A stretch of 64,000 bases of DNA from a virus (Duplodnaviria > Caudoviricetes). The translations under genes were made by a program, and so were the position numbers. The notes under the pieces are model-generated. The model saw only the letters and a program-made list of their open reading frames with translations. It ran no database searches and was not told the DNA's origin. Where the stretch lies: the IMG/VR virus record IMGVR_UViG_3300005512_000001, positions 64,001-128,000 of that record. One strand, 5' to 3'. The first letter of the stretch is position 1. The number at the start of each line of letters is the position of its first letter. Below, one piece after another: positions 1-10,371 of the stretch.

Positions 1-93
1 CCCAGCGATAGTTGCCGCACATGGCTTAGTTGGTTTTTTGGCTGCTGTTTTTATTTCTTTTTACATCTGGGAATAAACGTTTTACTGCTGCAA

Positions 94-122
94 TTGCTGC
101 TGGCGGCTATGCGCAGCACCAC
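94..122 (+). promoter_or_regulatory. C-for-T sigma70-like promoter
   Basis: TTGCTG-N17-CACCAC; T-free tract 111-154; followed by AGGAG and the ATG at 173. Confidence 0.7.
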
Positions 123-172
123 GACACCACGACACCACGACACACGACGCGCACTATGAATAGGAGAGAGTT

Positions 173-493
173 ATGAATTTCGAAGTCGTCTTGACCAGTA
201 CGGACCATGGATTCCACAAACGTGGCTTGGGCCAAACCCCATCGGTCGCCTTGACCAATGCATTTCGGAAGGTTTTGAAGTCTGAAATGCCTGCAGACCG
301 AGAGGAAGCTATTGACCAGATTGGCCCACAGGAAGTGGGTCAGCATTTCATGATGGTCAGTGTCTCAGATGAATTCCTTGAGAATCCCAAGACGCTCAAG
401 GAAGAAGTGCATGATTACATGCTCATCATCCGGGTCGATAAGTCCAAGGAAACGATGTACACCATCGCTGGATGGATTCGGCCAATTTTCTAA
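173..493 (+). CDS. hypothetical protein
   Basis: 106 aa ORF with AGGAG RBS downstream of the promoter motif. Confidence 0.75.
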   Translation: MNFEVVLTSTDHGFHKRGLGQTPSVALTNAFRKVLKSEMPADREEAIDQIGPQEVGQHFMMVSVSDEFLENPKTLKEEVHDYMLIIRVDKSKETMYTIAGWIRPIF

Positions 494-503
494 GAGGTAA
501 TCT

Positions 504-1334
504 ATGTCGATTTCAACAGAAGAAGTCTTGAAGACCGTTGAGTTAGCCATCACCCATTTCCGTAAAACGGCATTAACGGAAGAAGAAGTCTTGAAGACCG
601 TTAATGAGGTACTTGGTGATCATATCAATGACATAATCTTAAATATGGTTGGTATGAAGAAGTCGAGATGGGATAGTGGTTATGAGGTTGTCCATCCTAG
701 TATAGTCGATGCGATTATTAAGGACAAAATTACAGAAGGCGTCGACAAATTTCTTAATGAAGTTGCTAGTTCTATAAATTTAGCCCCCACCAAGCAACAA
801 TTGGCAGCGATTAAACGCAATGCCAAATCGAAGTATCTAAATGCCTTGCGAGAAGTAGTCACAGAATCTGTTGTGAAGCGTGCAAACGACGACGCTGCTA
901 AATTGACCCAACTAATTGTAGGAAGCCCCACTAGGGTTGCGGATTTTATCCGGCATTACCGTAGCAACCATATAGAGGCAACCGAAGAGATAAATACAGA
1001 ATTTAAATCTGGTGCAGTTCTTGAGGCAGCAGTTGCTGAGTCCTTAGTGCATGTCGATAGTATAGGGAAAATAAGCCCAATTTCTGTCGAAGACCCTTCA
1101 AATACGGATGTTAGGGTTCTCGTGCGGGTCACTGACAAATTACTGCACCAATCCGCCCATATAGTGGTAGATGGCGAGAAGTGGCAACCTGCTGTCTTGT
1201 GGCATGAGGATGGGGAATATTATTTAACATCAGAATTCAACTGGGGCGATCATGCAGTATTTTCCCTTATGGGACCAGCTGATAAAGTGATTATAAATGA
1301 GGCAGTACAGAAGTTTGTGGATGCTACCCCTTAG
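504..1334 (+). CDS. hypothetical protein, C-terminal DP/xDG family domain
   Basis: GAGG RBS; C-terminal EDPS...VVDGEKW...ADKVIINEAVQKF motif shared with other ORFs in the window. Confidence 0.7.
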   Translation: MSISTEEVLKTVELAITHFRKTALTEEEVLKTVNEVLGDHINDIILNMVGMKKSRWDSGYEVVHPSIVDAIIKDKITEGVDKFLNEVASSINLAPTKQQLAAIKRNAKSKYLNALREVVTESVVKRANDDAAKLTQLIVGSPTRVADFIRHYRSNHIEATEEINTEFKSGAVLEAAVAESLVHVDSIGKISPISVEDPSNTDVRVLVRVTDKLLHQSAHIVVDGEKWQPAVLWHEDGEYYLTSEFNWGDHAVFSLMGPADKVIINEAVQKFVDATP

Positions 1335-1414
1335 GGTCGTCTTGACACTCCCTTTGGCTCACGTCGCCATCTATCTATCCATGATATAGTAGAACACCCC
1401 GAGCCTGCATGTAA

Positions 1415-1443
1415 TTGACGACGCGGGCGTAGCGTTACACTAC
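1415..1443 (+). promoter_or_regulatory. C-for-T sigma70-like promoter
   Basis: TTGACG-N17-CACTAC, intergenic, followed by AGGAG. Confidence 0.7.
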
Positions 1444-1459
1444 GTGTTGTAGGAGATGG

Positions 1460-2140
1460 TTGATGCTATTAAGTGGTGACAGACAAAATGTGATTTCCTG
1501 GCTGGTAGAGAATATGGATTTATATACCGAGCAAGGATATAAATTCCATCGTGGCGACGGGAGCCGACACGACCGCCATGAATTGTCTATTAAACTTCCA
1601 GGTGTCATCTGCCATCTCAACAATAATGAATTCCAAATCCGATATAGGACGCATAAAGGCGGATACAATACACAATATTGGCGACTACCATGGAGTAGTG
1701 AAAGAGAAATAACCACAGAAGAAAAAGCCCTCCAGCTTCTTGACCACATGAAAGAGAAATCAGAGACTACTCCACTGTGCCCCAAAAGAATCACATCTAA
1801 ATCTCAATTGCCTTGCCCCTACCAATTTGTCACCAATATTGGATATGAAAATGGTGTTGCTGTGTCGTGTCAGGTATTGCGTGATTGCAAAGTAATAGAT
1901 ATTGTGGCGATTTCTAACAATCTGAAATTGATACGGCCATCTGAACCCGGCACCAATCCATGGTTTCTATTTGAATGCCAAACTCATACTAGTGGGCGGT
2001 TATGGGTCATTGTTAATACCAATGGGTATTATGAGGTTTCACGGAGCCAAAAAGTACAGGGGAAATTAAGACACTCAGAATTGACGAAATCAGACAAAGA
2101 ATTGATTTCATTAGCAATACGAAAGTTTGCAGATGGATAA
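1460..2140 (+). CDS. hypothetical protein, DP/xDG family
   Basis: SEPG...VNTNGYY...LTKSDKELISLAIRKF. Confidence 0.65.
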   Translation: MMLLSGDRQNVISWLVENMDLYTEQGYKFHRGDGSRHDRHELSIKLPGVICHLNNNEFQIRYRTHKGGYNTQYWRLPWSSEREITTEEKALQLLDHMKEKSETTPLCPKRITSKSQLPCPYQFVTNIGYENGVAVSCQVLRDCKVIDIVAISNNLKLIRPSEPGTNPWFLFECQTHTSGRLWVIVNTNGYYEVSRSQKVQGKLRHSELTKSDKELISLAIRKFADG

Positions 2141-2167
2141 TTATAACATTTTTGTGGGAGAATATTA

Positions 2168-2437
2168 GTGCTTGCACAAAATATATGTTTTGTTATCACG
2201 ATTGCGGGAGAGCAGCAAATCTATGCCATTACTGATGTTGGCGGGAACCTTCTCAGATGGCTAGAGGTGTTGTCCACGTGCATACCTGATAGTTCAGTCA
2301 CCGGGACGATTAGTGCTGGTGACAACGGAATGCATTTTGGTGTTTTCAACTACCACGAATTCCGTACGCTGCTAAAAGCAATAGGCTATGGTGACGCCAT
2401 AACCACTGCTGATATATTATATCAGAAGACCAAATGA
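2168..2437 (+). CDS. hypothetical protein
   Basis: GGGAG RBS, GTG start, stop overlaps next ATG. Confidence 0.6.
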   Translation: MLAQNICFVITIAGEQQIYAITDVGGNLLRWLEVLSTCIPDSSVTGTISAGDNGMHFGVFNYHEFRTLLKAIGYGDAITTADILYQKTK

Positions 2438-2838
2438 CCGCAAAGAACATATGGCTAGAGTTTGAGCAAAGCCAAATTCCAACTATAATTATACGGAATC
2501 GCTTAACATGGTATGGCAGTATATTCCTAACTAGAATATCAATAGCATCATATGTCTATGATGAAGGCAGTCTAATAGTCTGGTCCAGAGAAACAACCGA
2601 CCCCAATATGCCAGTAATGTTCTTGATTAATTATTTAGGGTCAACCTACAAGGCGGCATATCCACACCACATCGTAACAGACGGCGAAAAATGGTGCCCA
2701 TTAATTCAAGGCAATAGACATAAATGGAGGTCGTACCCAGGACAATATTATGGGTCTAACCTCACAACCGAGGACCAGCAACGACTATGTATCTACATTG
2801 AAAGCTACATAAGTGAAATAACCGAGGACCAGACATGA
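2434..2838 (+). CDS. hypothetical protein, DP/xDG family
   Basis: TDPN...IVTDGEKW...LTTEDQQRLCIYIESY; ATGA overlaps. Confidence 0.65.
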   Translation: MTAKNIWLEFEQSQIPTIIIRNRLTWYGSIFLTRISIASYVYDEGSLIVWSRETTDPNMPVMFLINYLGSTYKAAYPHHIVTDGEKWCPLIQGNRHKWRSYPGQYYGSNLTTEDQQRLCIYIESYISEITEDQT

Positions 2839-3731
2839 GTATAATCGTACAGGCCAAAGACCTTCTTGCGTCTATACCTGGAATAGAATTGTGGGATATG
2901 TCCATCATCTATGATGATGATGCTGGGTGTGACCCGCCACTTACGAGGCTCAGTGTCGTGCTTAAACGGGGTAAGAGCCGCTGTAATATTCGCTTTATGC
3001 TCGAAGATTCTTATGAGTGGATTACCCCATCAGACGGACGGAATGAAGACATATTCAATACAATAAACACATTAATAAATGCTGGGTTTAGAACTAGAGT
3101 AGCTTTCCAGTTTACTTTGCGTGATTCACTTCTTAATTTTAACACTGAATACATCACCGCGTCTAAGGACAAAGCACGCATTTTATGTTCTTGGCGCGGC
3201 GATGAGCTATGCATAGAGATAAAAGCCAGAGTCAGGGGCAAGCATTATAGAAGGATTCGAATACCACAAGATATATCCCTGGAAAATGCAATTATATTTG
3301 CTGATAAGCTTATCGAATCTATGAATGCAACAACGTATGAAAATATAACTCCTCCAAACATATTTAAACCCACAAGCTACTCTAGTCACAAAGAATATGT
3401 TGGTGTCGGCGGCGACCCAGGGAATAAAATAACAATGAAAAAGACTGATAGACTGAGGTCTATATCAGTAATTGATGCCGCCTGTTTGCAGCCAGATGGA
3501 GGATTCACATTTGACACTGCAGACCCTGGCAATAAACACGTATGGATTATTGTTTATGCTATAGATATCGAGGGGTTACAACGCGTATTGGCAGTGAACG
3601 GTGATGAATGGTATGAATTAGATGGCAAGAAGTATTTATATATAGGCATGCATATTGACGACCTTACCACAGATGACCAGTTGTTTATAAACGATTGTAT
3701 TAATAACTGGGCGGTGACTAGTCAAAGTTAA
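2835..3731 (+). CDS. hypothetical protein, DP/xDG family
   Basis: ADPG...AVNGDEWY...LTTDDQLFINDCINNW. Confidence 0.7.
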   Translation: MSIIVQAKDLLASIPGIELWDMSIIYDDDAGCDPPLTRLSVVLKRGKSRCNIRFMLEDSYEWITPSDGRNEDIFNTINTLINAGFRTRVAFQFTLRDSLLNFNTEYITASKDKARILCSWRGDELCIEIKARVRGKHYRRIRIPQDISLENAIIFADKLIESMNATTYENITPPNIFKPTSYSSHKEYVGVGGDPGNKITMKKTDRLRSISVIDAACLQPDGGFTFDTADPGNKHVWIIVYAIDIEGLQRVLAVNGDEWYELDGKKYLYIGMHIDDLTTDDQLFINDCINNWAVTSQS

Positions 3732-3735
3732 AACC

Positions 3736-4323
3736 ATGGCATTAGAATTCACATTAGATAATCCAATTCTTGGCGTTCAATATGAACGTAACGCACTAGA
3801 TGCATACCTCAGGAATTTTGTCGTGCTACGTCGATACTCTAAGATAAATAATTTTGGAGACGAGCTAGATGCGATTCTAATCAGACATGGCGGCGAAAAA
3901 TTGGCGTCCTTAGATGTTGAGGATTTGCCAGAAGAAGAAAAACAAAAGATGGGCGGAATGCTGCCAACCCTTAAACGAGCCATAGACACAGCACAAATAG
4001 AATTGAAAGACGAGATTGACGCTGGCCGAAAAGGCGTCAAACCATTTATAGACTCTATAGATTATAGGTTTAAGAACAAAGATGGGCGTCTAATTAATTT
4101 TAAATTGGACCCAGATGCCCGTGCATATAGAACACTTCAAGAATTCGAACAACTTCTATACAGTCTCCCAAATGGTGAGGAAATCGAGGCACAATTTTTA
4201 CCGACTTTTCAACTATTGCGTAGAGAGATGGTTAATTGGGGTTGGGACGAAAAGGATGCCAGCCCCCAAGCAACACTACTAACTATCAAAAAGCTTTGTG
4301 ATCAATGGTCTAATCATGGTTAG
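3736..4323 (+). CDS. hypothetical protein
   Basis: 195 aa ORF in a tightly packed operon. Confidence 0.65.
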   Translation: MALEFTLDNPILGVQYERNALDAYLRNFVVLRRYSKINNFGDELDAILIRHGGEKLASLDVEDLPEEEKQKMGGMLPTLKRAIDTAQIELKDEIDAGRKGVKPFIDSIDYRFKNKDGRLINFKLDPDARAYRTLQEFEQLLYSLPNGEEIEAQFLPTFQLLRREMVNWGWDEKDASPQATLLTIKKLCDQWSNHG

Positions 4324-4430
4324 TGGTGATAGGAGACTATCATGCTGCGATGGTTTAAAAAGATATTCAGGCTCAGACATAGACCTAATATTAAATTAGA
4401 GCTGAAATTTTTGCGTAAGATGGCTGGCCG

Positions 4431-5042
4431 ATGAAACTCACTTTGGGTTATTCTGAATTTGAATGTTCTAATGTTGGAACCAGAGTGCGATATGTTCATT
4501 GGTATGCGGCAGGCACTTATCTGTCTTTAATAGAGAAGAAATATCAGATTGTGGGTCATTGCCGTATTGATTGGCACCCTAAATTTGGCCAGCGTCAATA
4601 TGTCGATCATAAATTCATATTCAAACCTAGAATCAAGCAAATGCAGCACGATGGCATAAATGCATTTAAGATAGTTGAAAATGATGGTGAATTAAATGAG
4701 GCTGCAGCGGACCTCTATGACAATAGAACACCGATACGATTTTGTATAACAAAAATCAGAGATAGGAAAACCATTGTCGGCAATCGTAATGGTAAATTAG
4801 TAGCTAATTTAACTGACCCACAAACGAAGCCATTAGTTAAGCTGAGCATAATCCTGTCTCCCAAAATTCGATATCACACAGATTGCCATCTATATGTTTA
4901 TAGTGATGGCACTGCTCACTATGAACGGCGACCTAAAACATCATTCCTAAGACCCATATCCTTCTGCGCAGAAGACGCACAGAAAATCTATGTCGCTGTA
5001 GCAGAATGCGTTAGGGATTTTGCAAAGCAATACTTGTTATAG
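4431..5042 (+). CDS. hypothetical protein, DP/xDG family
   Basis: TDPQ...VYSDGTAHY...AEDAQKIYVAV. Confidence 0.6.
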   Translation: MKLTLGYSEFECSNVGTRVRYVHWYAAGTYLSLIEKKYQIVGHCRIDWHPKFGQRQYVDHKFIFKPRIKQMQHDGINAFKIVENDGELNEAAADLYDNRTPIRFCITKIRDRKTIVGNRNGKLVANLTDPQTKPLVKLSIILSPKIRYHTDCHLYVYSDGTAHYERRPKTSFLRPISFCAEDAQKIYVAVAECVRDFAKQYLL

Positions 5043-5062
5043 CGTGTCCGGCGTCACACCAG
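5034..5062 (+). promoter_or_regulatory. C-for-T sigma70-like promoter (weaker -10)
   Basis: TTGTTA-N17-CACCAG, T-poor leader, GAGGAG RBS before 5110. Confidence 0.55.
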
Positions 5063-5109
5063 ACGCGAACGAGCGTAACCGAGCGTAACACAGAAAAGAG
5101 GAGAGTCAA

Positions 5110-5760
5110 ATGGGTAATGCGTTTACAGCCGCAGCCGCCAAAGCACCTGCAGGGGCGGCATCGAAGAGTAAAAAGTCGCAAAATATCGTAGAAGTGCGGG
5201 ATGATGAGGTTGGGGCTGCTATCGATGAACTTGTTGCGGCCCATGGCCGTATCAAAGCTGCTGAGACAGATAAGAGCATCGCCAGTTCCACGGCTTTGCC
5301 ACACTGTCTTGAGAAGTTCTTGGCGGATTTCGCGGCTGCACAACGGAAGCCTAGCACCATGAAGTTCCGGTCTGAGAAGGGTAATACGGTCACTTTAGTG
5401 GTCCAAGACCGTGGTGAGCGGTATGACGTTTCCGAAGAGCAACACGCCACCATTCTTGCTATCTTGGGTAAGAAAAAGACTGAGGATATTATACTGCGGG
5501 ACATGACATTCTCATTCAACAATGCTATACTCAACAAGCCCGGTGTGATGGATGCACTCGGCGAGAAAATCGGTGAGTTGGTCGCCAGCGGAATTCTGAC
5601 CGGCGATGAAGCTGGTAGTCTGCTTGAGGCTAACCACCGCATGACGGTCCGCAAGGGCGTAGTTGATGACCTCGGAAAATTATGTGATAACGACCCCGAC
5701 CAAATGAAGACCTTGCTTGAGGCTCTCGGCTCACATTCGAGTGCCTATGTCAAACCGTAG
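5110..5760 (+). CDS. hypothetical protein (probably highly expressed)
   Basis: strong RBS, GC-richer codons, own promoter motif. Confidence 0.75.
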   Translation: MGNAFTAAAAKAPAGAASKSKKSQNIVEVRDDEVGAAIDELVAAHGRIKAAETDKSIASSTALPHCLEKFLADFAAAQRKPSTMKFRSEKGNTVTLVVQDRGERYDVSEEQHATILAILGKKKTEDIILRDMTFSFNNAILNKPGVMDALGEKIGELVASGILTGDEAGSLLEANHRMTVRKGVVDDLGKLCDNDPDQMKTLLEALGSHSSAYVKP

Positions 5761-5801
5761 TATTTGTGGTTACACAACCCTAAGGCCCTAAGGAGCGGCA
5801 T

Positions 5802-6293
5802 ATGTATAAAATGGAAATACTTCGCCATATTGTGGAACTTGTTGCCTCTGGCCCTAAAACGAAAAGGCCATGGGATGATATCGTGCTCCGGTATCAAAGT
5901 GCGACAAAAACTACAGTAGACAAAAAATCTTTATGTAATGCATATCACCGCATGACTAAAAAACAGGGGTCGCCAAATCCATTCAGGCGGTCAGCAATAA
6001 ATTCTGATACGCCCATAGTGCAATCCAAAGCACCCAAAGCACCCAAAGCACCCAAAGCACCTGGGACAATTCCAGGGGTAAGAGCAAGGATATACAAGCC
6101 TGACACAAGCCCCGCAGAGAGCTTCGGCTTAGCATTGCAAAAAATAGTTCGTGACACAGCACACCAAGCAATAGAAGAGGCAATACGTGATTTGGTAATC
6201 CGCCTCGAAACCAAAGCCGTAGCCGCCGACCCACAATCCGAGCTTTTCACTGCTGCAGTTGATAAGGCAGTTGAGGACCTCTTTAATCGGTGA
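5802..6293 (+). CDS. hypothetical protein with KAP repeat, possibly DNA-binding
   Basis: AAGGAG RBS; 9-bp tandem repeat AAAGCACCC encodes (KAP)4. Confidence 0.65.
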   Translation: MYKMEILRHIVELVASGPKTKRPWDDIVLRYQSATKTTVDKKSLCNAYHRMTKKQGSPNPFRRSAINSDTPIVQSKAPKAPKAPKAPGTIPGVRARIYKPDTSPAESFGLALQKIVRDTAHQAIEEAIRDLVIRLETKAVAADPQSELFTAAVDKAVEDLFNR

Positions 6294-6306
6294 GCTACAA
6301 AGACCA

Positions 6307-6353
6307 ATGATGAATGAATGCCCTGGCCCCACCCCAGGGCATTCATTCATCAT
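6307..6353. terminator. 20-bp perfect hairpin after gene
   Basis: ATGATGAATGAATGCCCTGG / CCAGGGCATTCATTCATCAT, 7-nt loop; no clear U-tract. Confidence 0.6.
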
Positions 6354-6448
6354 GTCTGTAAACGTGGAATAAGAACTAGCATCCTATTCAGCATGCACGA
6401 CAAAGAACTTTGGCTGAGGCAGCATAAATTCATTATAAGGAATAAAAA

Positions 6449-7309
6449 TTGAAAATTATATTAATCCTTTGCATTTTGGTGCAAATAGCAGAGGGTGGGT
6501 TGATTAGCAAGTTGGAAGCTGGGCACAACCAAAAAGTCGTTTGCATGGGAACTTCACTAACTGCTGGTGATAGATGGGTTGCACCATTAAGGGATTGGCT
6601 TATCAGCCGCTACCCTAGCCAAGTGGAAATGATTAATAGTGGCGTTCCAGGTTCAGAGTCTTCTGATGGTATCCGCGACCTGCAGGTATTAGTCCTCAAC
6701 CACCAGCCCGATGTTTTGTTTATCGAGTATGGGATGAATGATGCTTGGTCTATCGGCGAGGGTTATCCAGAGAAAATCTCGCCAGAAACATCCACAGCCA
6801 ATCTGAATTTCATAATAGATTCACTATTGTTACAAAACCCAAATGCAGATGTGATACTCCAAACAACCAATGCCTCAACGAGCATACATAGGCCGAGATT
6901 GCCATTATATTATCAAGTCCATCGGGATGTTGCAACTGCACGTGGCTTAATGTTAATTGACCAATACCCAGTCTGGGAGAAAATCTTAATAGAGGAACCA
7001 GAACTCTATGCTCAATATGTGAGTGATGGTGTTCATCCATCTGCTATTGCCTGGGGGGCTATTGGGTTCCCTATCATACAATGTAGTCTATTATCAACGC
7101 AATTTATACGCGGCGATATTGACACAGATGGCTTCATAAACGACGATGATTTGTCGATATTGTTATCGAATTGGAATACCGGCGAACAGTGGGAACATGG
7201 CAATTGTGATGGCGCTGGTGTAGTAGGTGATGATGACCTTAGCTATCTATTGGCTAATTGGACCGGCCCGCCCCCAACCGCAATTATCCCAATACGTTTG
7301 CCTTATTAA
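6449..7309 (+). CDS. secreted SGNH/GDSL hydrolase with C-terminal dockerin-like EF-hand repeats
   Basis: signal-like N-terminus; G-T-S-L-T, NSG, GMND and DGVHP blocks; GDIDTDGFINDDDLSILLSNW and GNCDGAGVVGDDDLSYLLANW repeats. Confidence 0.8.
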   Translation: MKIILILCILVQIAEGGLISKLEAGHNQKVVCMGTSLTAGDRWVAPLRDWLISRYPSQVEMINSGVPGSESSDGIRDLQVLVLNHQPDVLFIEYGMNDAWSIGEGYPEKISPETSTANLNFIIDSLLLQNPNADVILQTTNASTSIHRPRLPLYYQVHRDVATARGLMLIDQYPVWEKILIEEPELYAQYVSDGVHPSAIAWGAIGFPIIQCSLLSTQFIRGDIDTDGFINDDDLSILLSNWNTGEQWEHGNCDGAGVVGDDDLSYLLANWTGPPPTAIIPIRLPY

Positions 7310-7337
7310 TTCTAGGCAGCCTTATTTTAATTAAACC

Positions 7338-9158
7338 CTACAGGACTCTGCGGGCACCACTATGCGGCGGGGCAATTGCACCATAGAAACTACCATCATC
7401 ACGCCATAGCGACGTATTTGTCGGTATGTACTCGTCGCGCGAAGTTCTTGTCATACTAAGAATTCCTGGGTCAAGGTTGACACTATTCAAGTCATTATAT
7501 TCTGTATTCTCTTGATATGGTGTCTGCCATGCGGCTTGAACCTCTTCAATAGTTGTGCATTCATATAGTGCAAGATTGCCAGCACCATCACCAAGTGTCA
7601 TTAATATCGAGCCATTTGGTGCCCAATAGCAGTTCTTATCGCTACGCACTCGCATTGGGCGGGCTGCATTATATGTTGTATCAGCGGAGTATGCATAATC
7701 AGAAAAGCATGCAAATGGTGAATTCACTAATGGGTCGGCTGGCGCATCTGCAAGGGTTATAAATAAGTTATTTTCTATTGTTGAGTCGATGCTGACTTCC
7801 CAAGCTGTCCCTAAAGGCACCCCAGTCATACAAGCATTGCGTGAATCTGAAATAAATGTATTATTAACACACGTAGACCGGTCGCCAAATAACAAGCACG
7901 GCCAATAGCCCGCATGGCATACGTTATAACCCACAGTAACATCATCCGCAGCGATTTCAAAATCGTGTGCTTCTTCGCCGCCAAAGAGCGTGTTATTACG
8001 AATGATTGCGCCGTTTGGCCCGATACCAAGGCCGAATGAACCGCCAGATAAATCATCACCGCCAGGATTAAAAATTGTATTTTCTGCGATAACAACCTTA
8101 CCCCAAAGTTGTGAAGATGCTGCATATTCGACAGCACGCGTTGTTGTGCTCACTAACGACCCAATTTGAACTACACGTGCTTGCCCACCATTACCATCTG
8201 GCCAAGTAATTCGATTTTCTTGGAACGTTAGATTAAGTTTAGCATCTGAATCTGTTGACAAATCCATAATGTTAATTGGTGCTACGCGGTTATATAATGC
8301 GCCAGTTGTGCCGTGGAATAGCCAATCATTATCGACAATACGCCATGTTTTTGCAGTTGTCTTGATATCTGGGATGCAGAAGAAGCAATCTTGCGTATCT
8401 GATAATTTCCATTCAAATCGGTTCCCTTCGATATGTACATTACCGACCTCGACTGTATTACCTCTAACTGGTACAACTGTAGTGCCACCCCCACCAAGCA
8501 GCATTTGTGAAACTCCAGACATCCGGATGCCTGCGAAAGTGACTTGGTTTCGAAGAATTGATAAATCACCTGCACATTTCTTGAAATAGAAGAATGAGGC
8601 GTTGATATCGCCTGTTGATGTAATTACATTATCTTCAATTCTACGTGTGCCAGTGTGATCATGGCCTGCGCCATAAAAAGCTGCCTTATTTGTGCCTTCA
8701 AGATTGATAATACAATCATGGACATACAAATTCGAAGCATATTCGACTGGTGGTGCAAAATATTCAAGAAAATGACCTGCACCTGACCAGTCCATACCGG
8801 TGACTTCTAAAGTTGTATCGGCTGCATCATAGTCATTTATTAAAACGCCGCGTGTGTTATTGGAACCTAGTAAATATGTTGTTGCACCAAGGGTAGTACA
8901 TGGTCTGATTATAATATTAACACCATCATGTGTCGAAGTAAGGCTAATAAGGTCTCCTGCTGCAGCAGCACCGGAATTACGCGTGACAGGTCCTCTAACT
9001 TCGGCAATTACCGTATCGCCCGCGATCGTACCAATCCCAGCCCAACCAGCACCGAATACCTGGGTCATACTTGCCCATGCATCAGTGTTGGGGTCTGTGC
9101 CGCCATTACCATTATTGCCGCTGATATAGTCTACGTAGCGAGTATACGTTGTCGCCAT
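7338..9158 (-). CDS. right-handed beta-helix (pectin-lyase-like) protein, possible virion/tailspike protein
   Basis: N-terminal YVD..SGN..N.G...AW motif; recurring I.NN.(F/I) beta-helix turns; GGAG RBS. Confidence 0.6.
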   Translation of the reverse strand: MATTYTRYVDYISGNNGNGGTDPNTDAWASMTQVFGAGWAGIGTIAGDTVIAEVRGPVTRNSGAAAAGDLISLTSTHDGVNIIIRPCTTLGATTYLLGSNNTRGVLINDYDAADTTLEVTGMDWSGAGHFLEYFAPPVEYASNLYVHDCIINLEGTNKAAFYGAGHDHTGTRRIEDNVITSTGDINASFFYFKKCAGDLSILRNQVTFAGIRMSGVSQMLLGGGGTTVVPVRGNTVEVGNVHIEGNRFEWKLSDTQDCFFCIPDIKTTAKTWRIVDNDWLFHGTTGALYNRVAPINIMDLSTDSDAKLNLTFQENRITWPDGNGGQARVVQIGSLVSTTTRAVEYAASSQLWGKVVIAENTIFNPGGDDLSGGSFGLGIGPNGAIIRNNTLFGGEEAHDFEIAADDVTVGYNVCHAGYWPCLLFGDRSTCVNNTFISDSRNACMTGVPLGTAWEVSIDSTIENNLFITLADAPADPLVNSPFACFSDYAYSADTTYNAARPMRVRSDKNCYWAPNGSILMTLGDGAGNLALYECTTIEEVQAAWQTPYQENTEYNDLNSVNLDPGILSMTRTSRDEYIPTNTSLWRDDGSFYGAIAPPHSGARRVL

Positions 9159-9178
9159 ATTTATCTCCTATGGCTTGA

Positions 9179-9721
9179 TTACCATGCTTCTACATTTATA
9201 AAACCAACTACTCCAGCTCCCAGATACCTAAATGAGCTAATGCCACCACCGAAGGTGCGCTGATAGGTGTCGGTGGCCTCAACTCTTGGGTCCGACGTTG
9301 TTGCAGCGGTACCATCGAAGCTCAGATATATTGCAGAGGACCCACTATCAAGCCAAATTCGGACATTATCATATGTATTGCCAAATGGTATTTCAGTAGA
9401 AACTGCAGGATTTGCTAACGCTATCCGTTCGCGATAAGCATCAGAAGGTACTATTGGTGGGGTTGAAGATGCATCACCATTAGCAGTAATTATAAATGAT
9501 TGGTCTAAATGTCGCAGTGTGCCAAACCCAGAAGCGTCTTCTAAAGCTAAATACGCCTCGACTGTAGGATATCCAGCGGTATTAGCAAGACCGGAATCTA
9601 CTAGTACTCTAATCTCGCTACTAGATGTAGCGGCCTCCCCTATAGTCATAGAAGTGTGTTGCTTAACACTCCCGGTAGCGGTTATATGCACTAATCCCAA
9701 TCTTGCAACATGGATGGCCAT
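9179..9721 (-). CDS. putative virion structural protein
   Basis: AGGAG RBS before MAIHV; Ser/Thr/Ala/Gly-rich; preceded by TCAAATATA motif. Confidence 0.55.
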   Translation of the reverse strand: MAIHVARLGLVHITATGSVKQHTSMTIGEAATSSSEIRVLVDSGLANTAGYPTVEAYLALEDASGFGTLRHLDQSFIITANGDASSTPPIVPSDAYRERIALANPAVSTEIPFGNTYDNVRIWLDSGSSAIYLSFDGTAATTSDPRVEATDTYQRTFGGGISSFRYLGAGVVGFINVEAW

Positions 9722-9846
9722 ATTGTTATCTCCTACTATATAAATATATTTGAATAAATTTGCCATGAATATCTACGCTTCATTACGGCAATAATATTAT
9801 GGCAGTATTTGATTGCCGGTAATGGTATTATACACAAAAGCAATAG

Positions 9847-9875
9847 TTATCGTCAAAGGCTTGTTGCGCCACAAC
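9847..9875 (+). promoter_or_regulatory. C-for-T sigma70-like promoter
   Basis: TTATCG-N17-CACAAC, upstream of AAGGAG and the ATG at 9923. Confidence 0.6.
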
Positions 9876-9922
9876 GGCTTGATGACGTTTGGTGGTCAAT
9901 AACACACAGAAGGAGTTGGATT

Positions 9923-10327
9923 ATGTCACAGTCGAGCGAGCAGCGCAAGCAGTTTGGTGTTTCAAAGGCTCCCATCGTAGCCACGAGGGCTTTCGCCAAG
10001 GAATTGCCACATTTCAGTGAAAAGGGAATCGACGGCAAGTGTTGGATTCTGATGAACGATGAAGAAGGCACTCGGGTAAGCGTCAATACCTATAATGGCA
10101 ATGCTGGCAAGGGGTTCAAGGCCCAGCCCCATCCCATCCCGGACGACGAGAAGGTCTTGGCACGACTTATTCGCGGGTACGAGGAAGTACTAGTGGGTGA
10201 TTGCCCCGTCGCGGTTGAATTTTCTCAAGTCGTCGCTGTCGCTGAAGTAGGCGATGAAGTTGAGACTTCCGAGGTGGTCGATGAAGTTGAGACCTCTGGA
10301 ATCAATGAAGCTGAAGCTGTTGAATAA
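9923..10327 (+). CDS. hypothetical protein, distant paralog of 36875 and 41820 genes
   Basis: RKQFGVSKAPIVATRAFAK...SVNTYNG...HPIP...RGY, acidic tail. Confidence 0.75.
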   Translation: MSQSSEQRKQFGVSKAPIVATRAFAKELPHFSEKGIDGKCWILMNDEEGTRVSVNTYNGNAGKGFKAQPHPIPDDEKVLARLIRGYEEVLVGDCPVAVEFSQVVAVAEVGDEVETSEVVDEVETSGINEAEAVE

Positions 10328-10330
10328 GTT

Positions 10331-10371
10331 ATTATGGGGTTGCATGCTTAATCGGCATGCAACCCCATAAT
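10331..10371 (+). terminator. intrinsic terminator
   Basis: 17-bp stem ATTATGGGGTTGCATGC / GCATGCAACCCCATAAT directly after stop codon. Confidence 0.7.
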
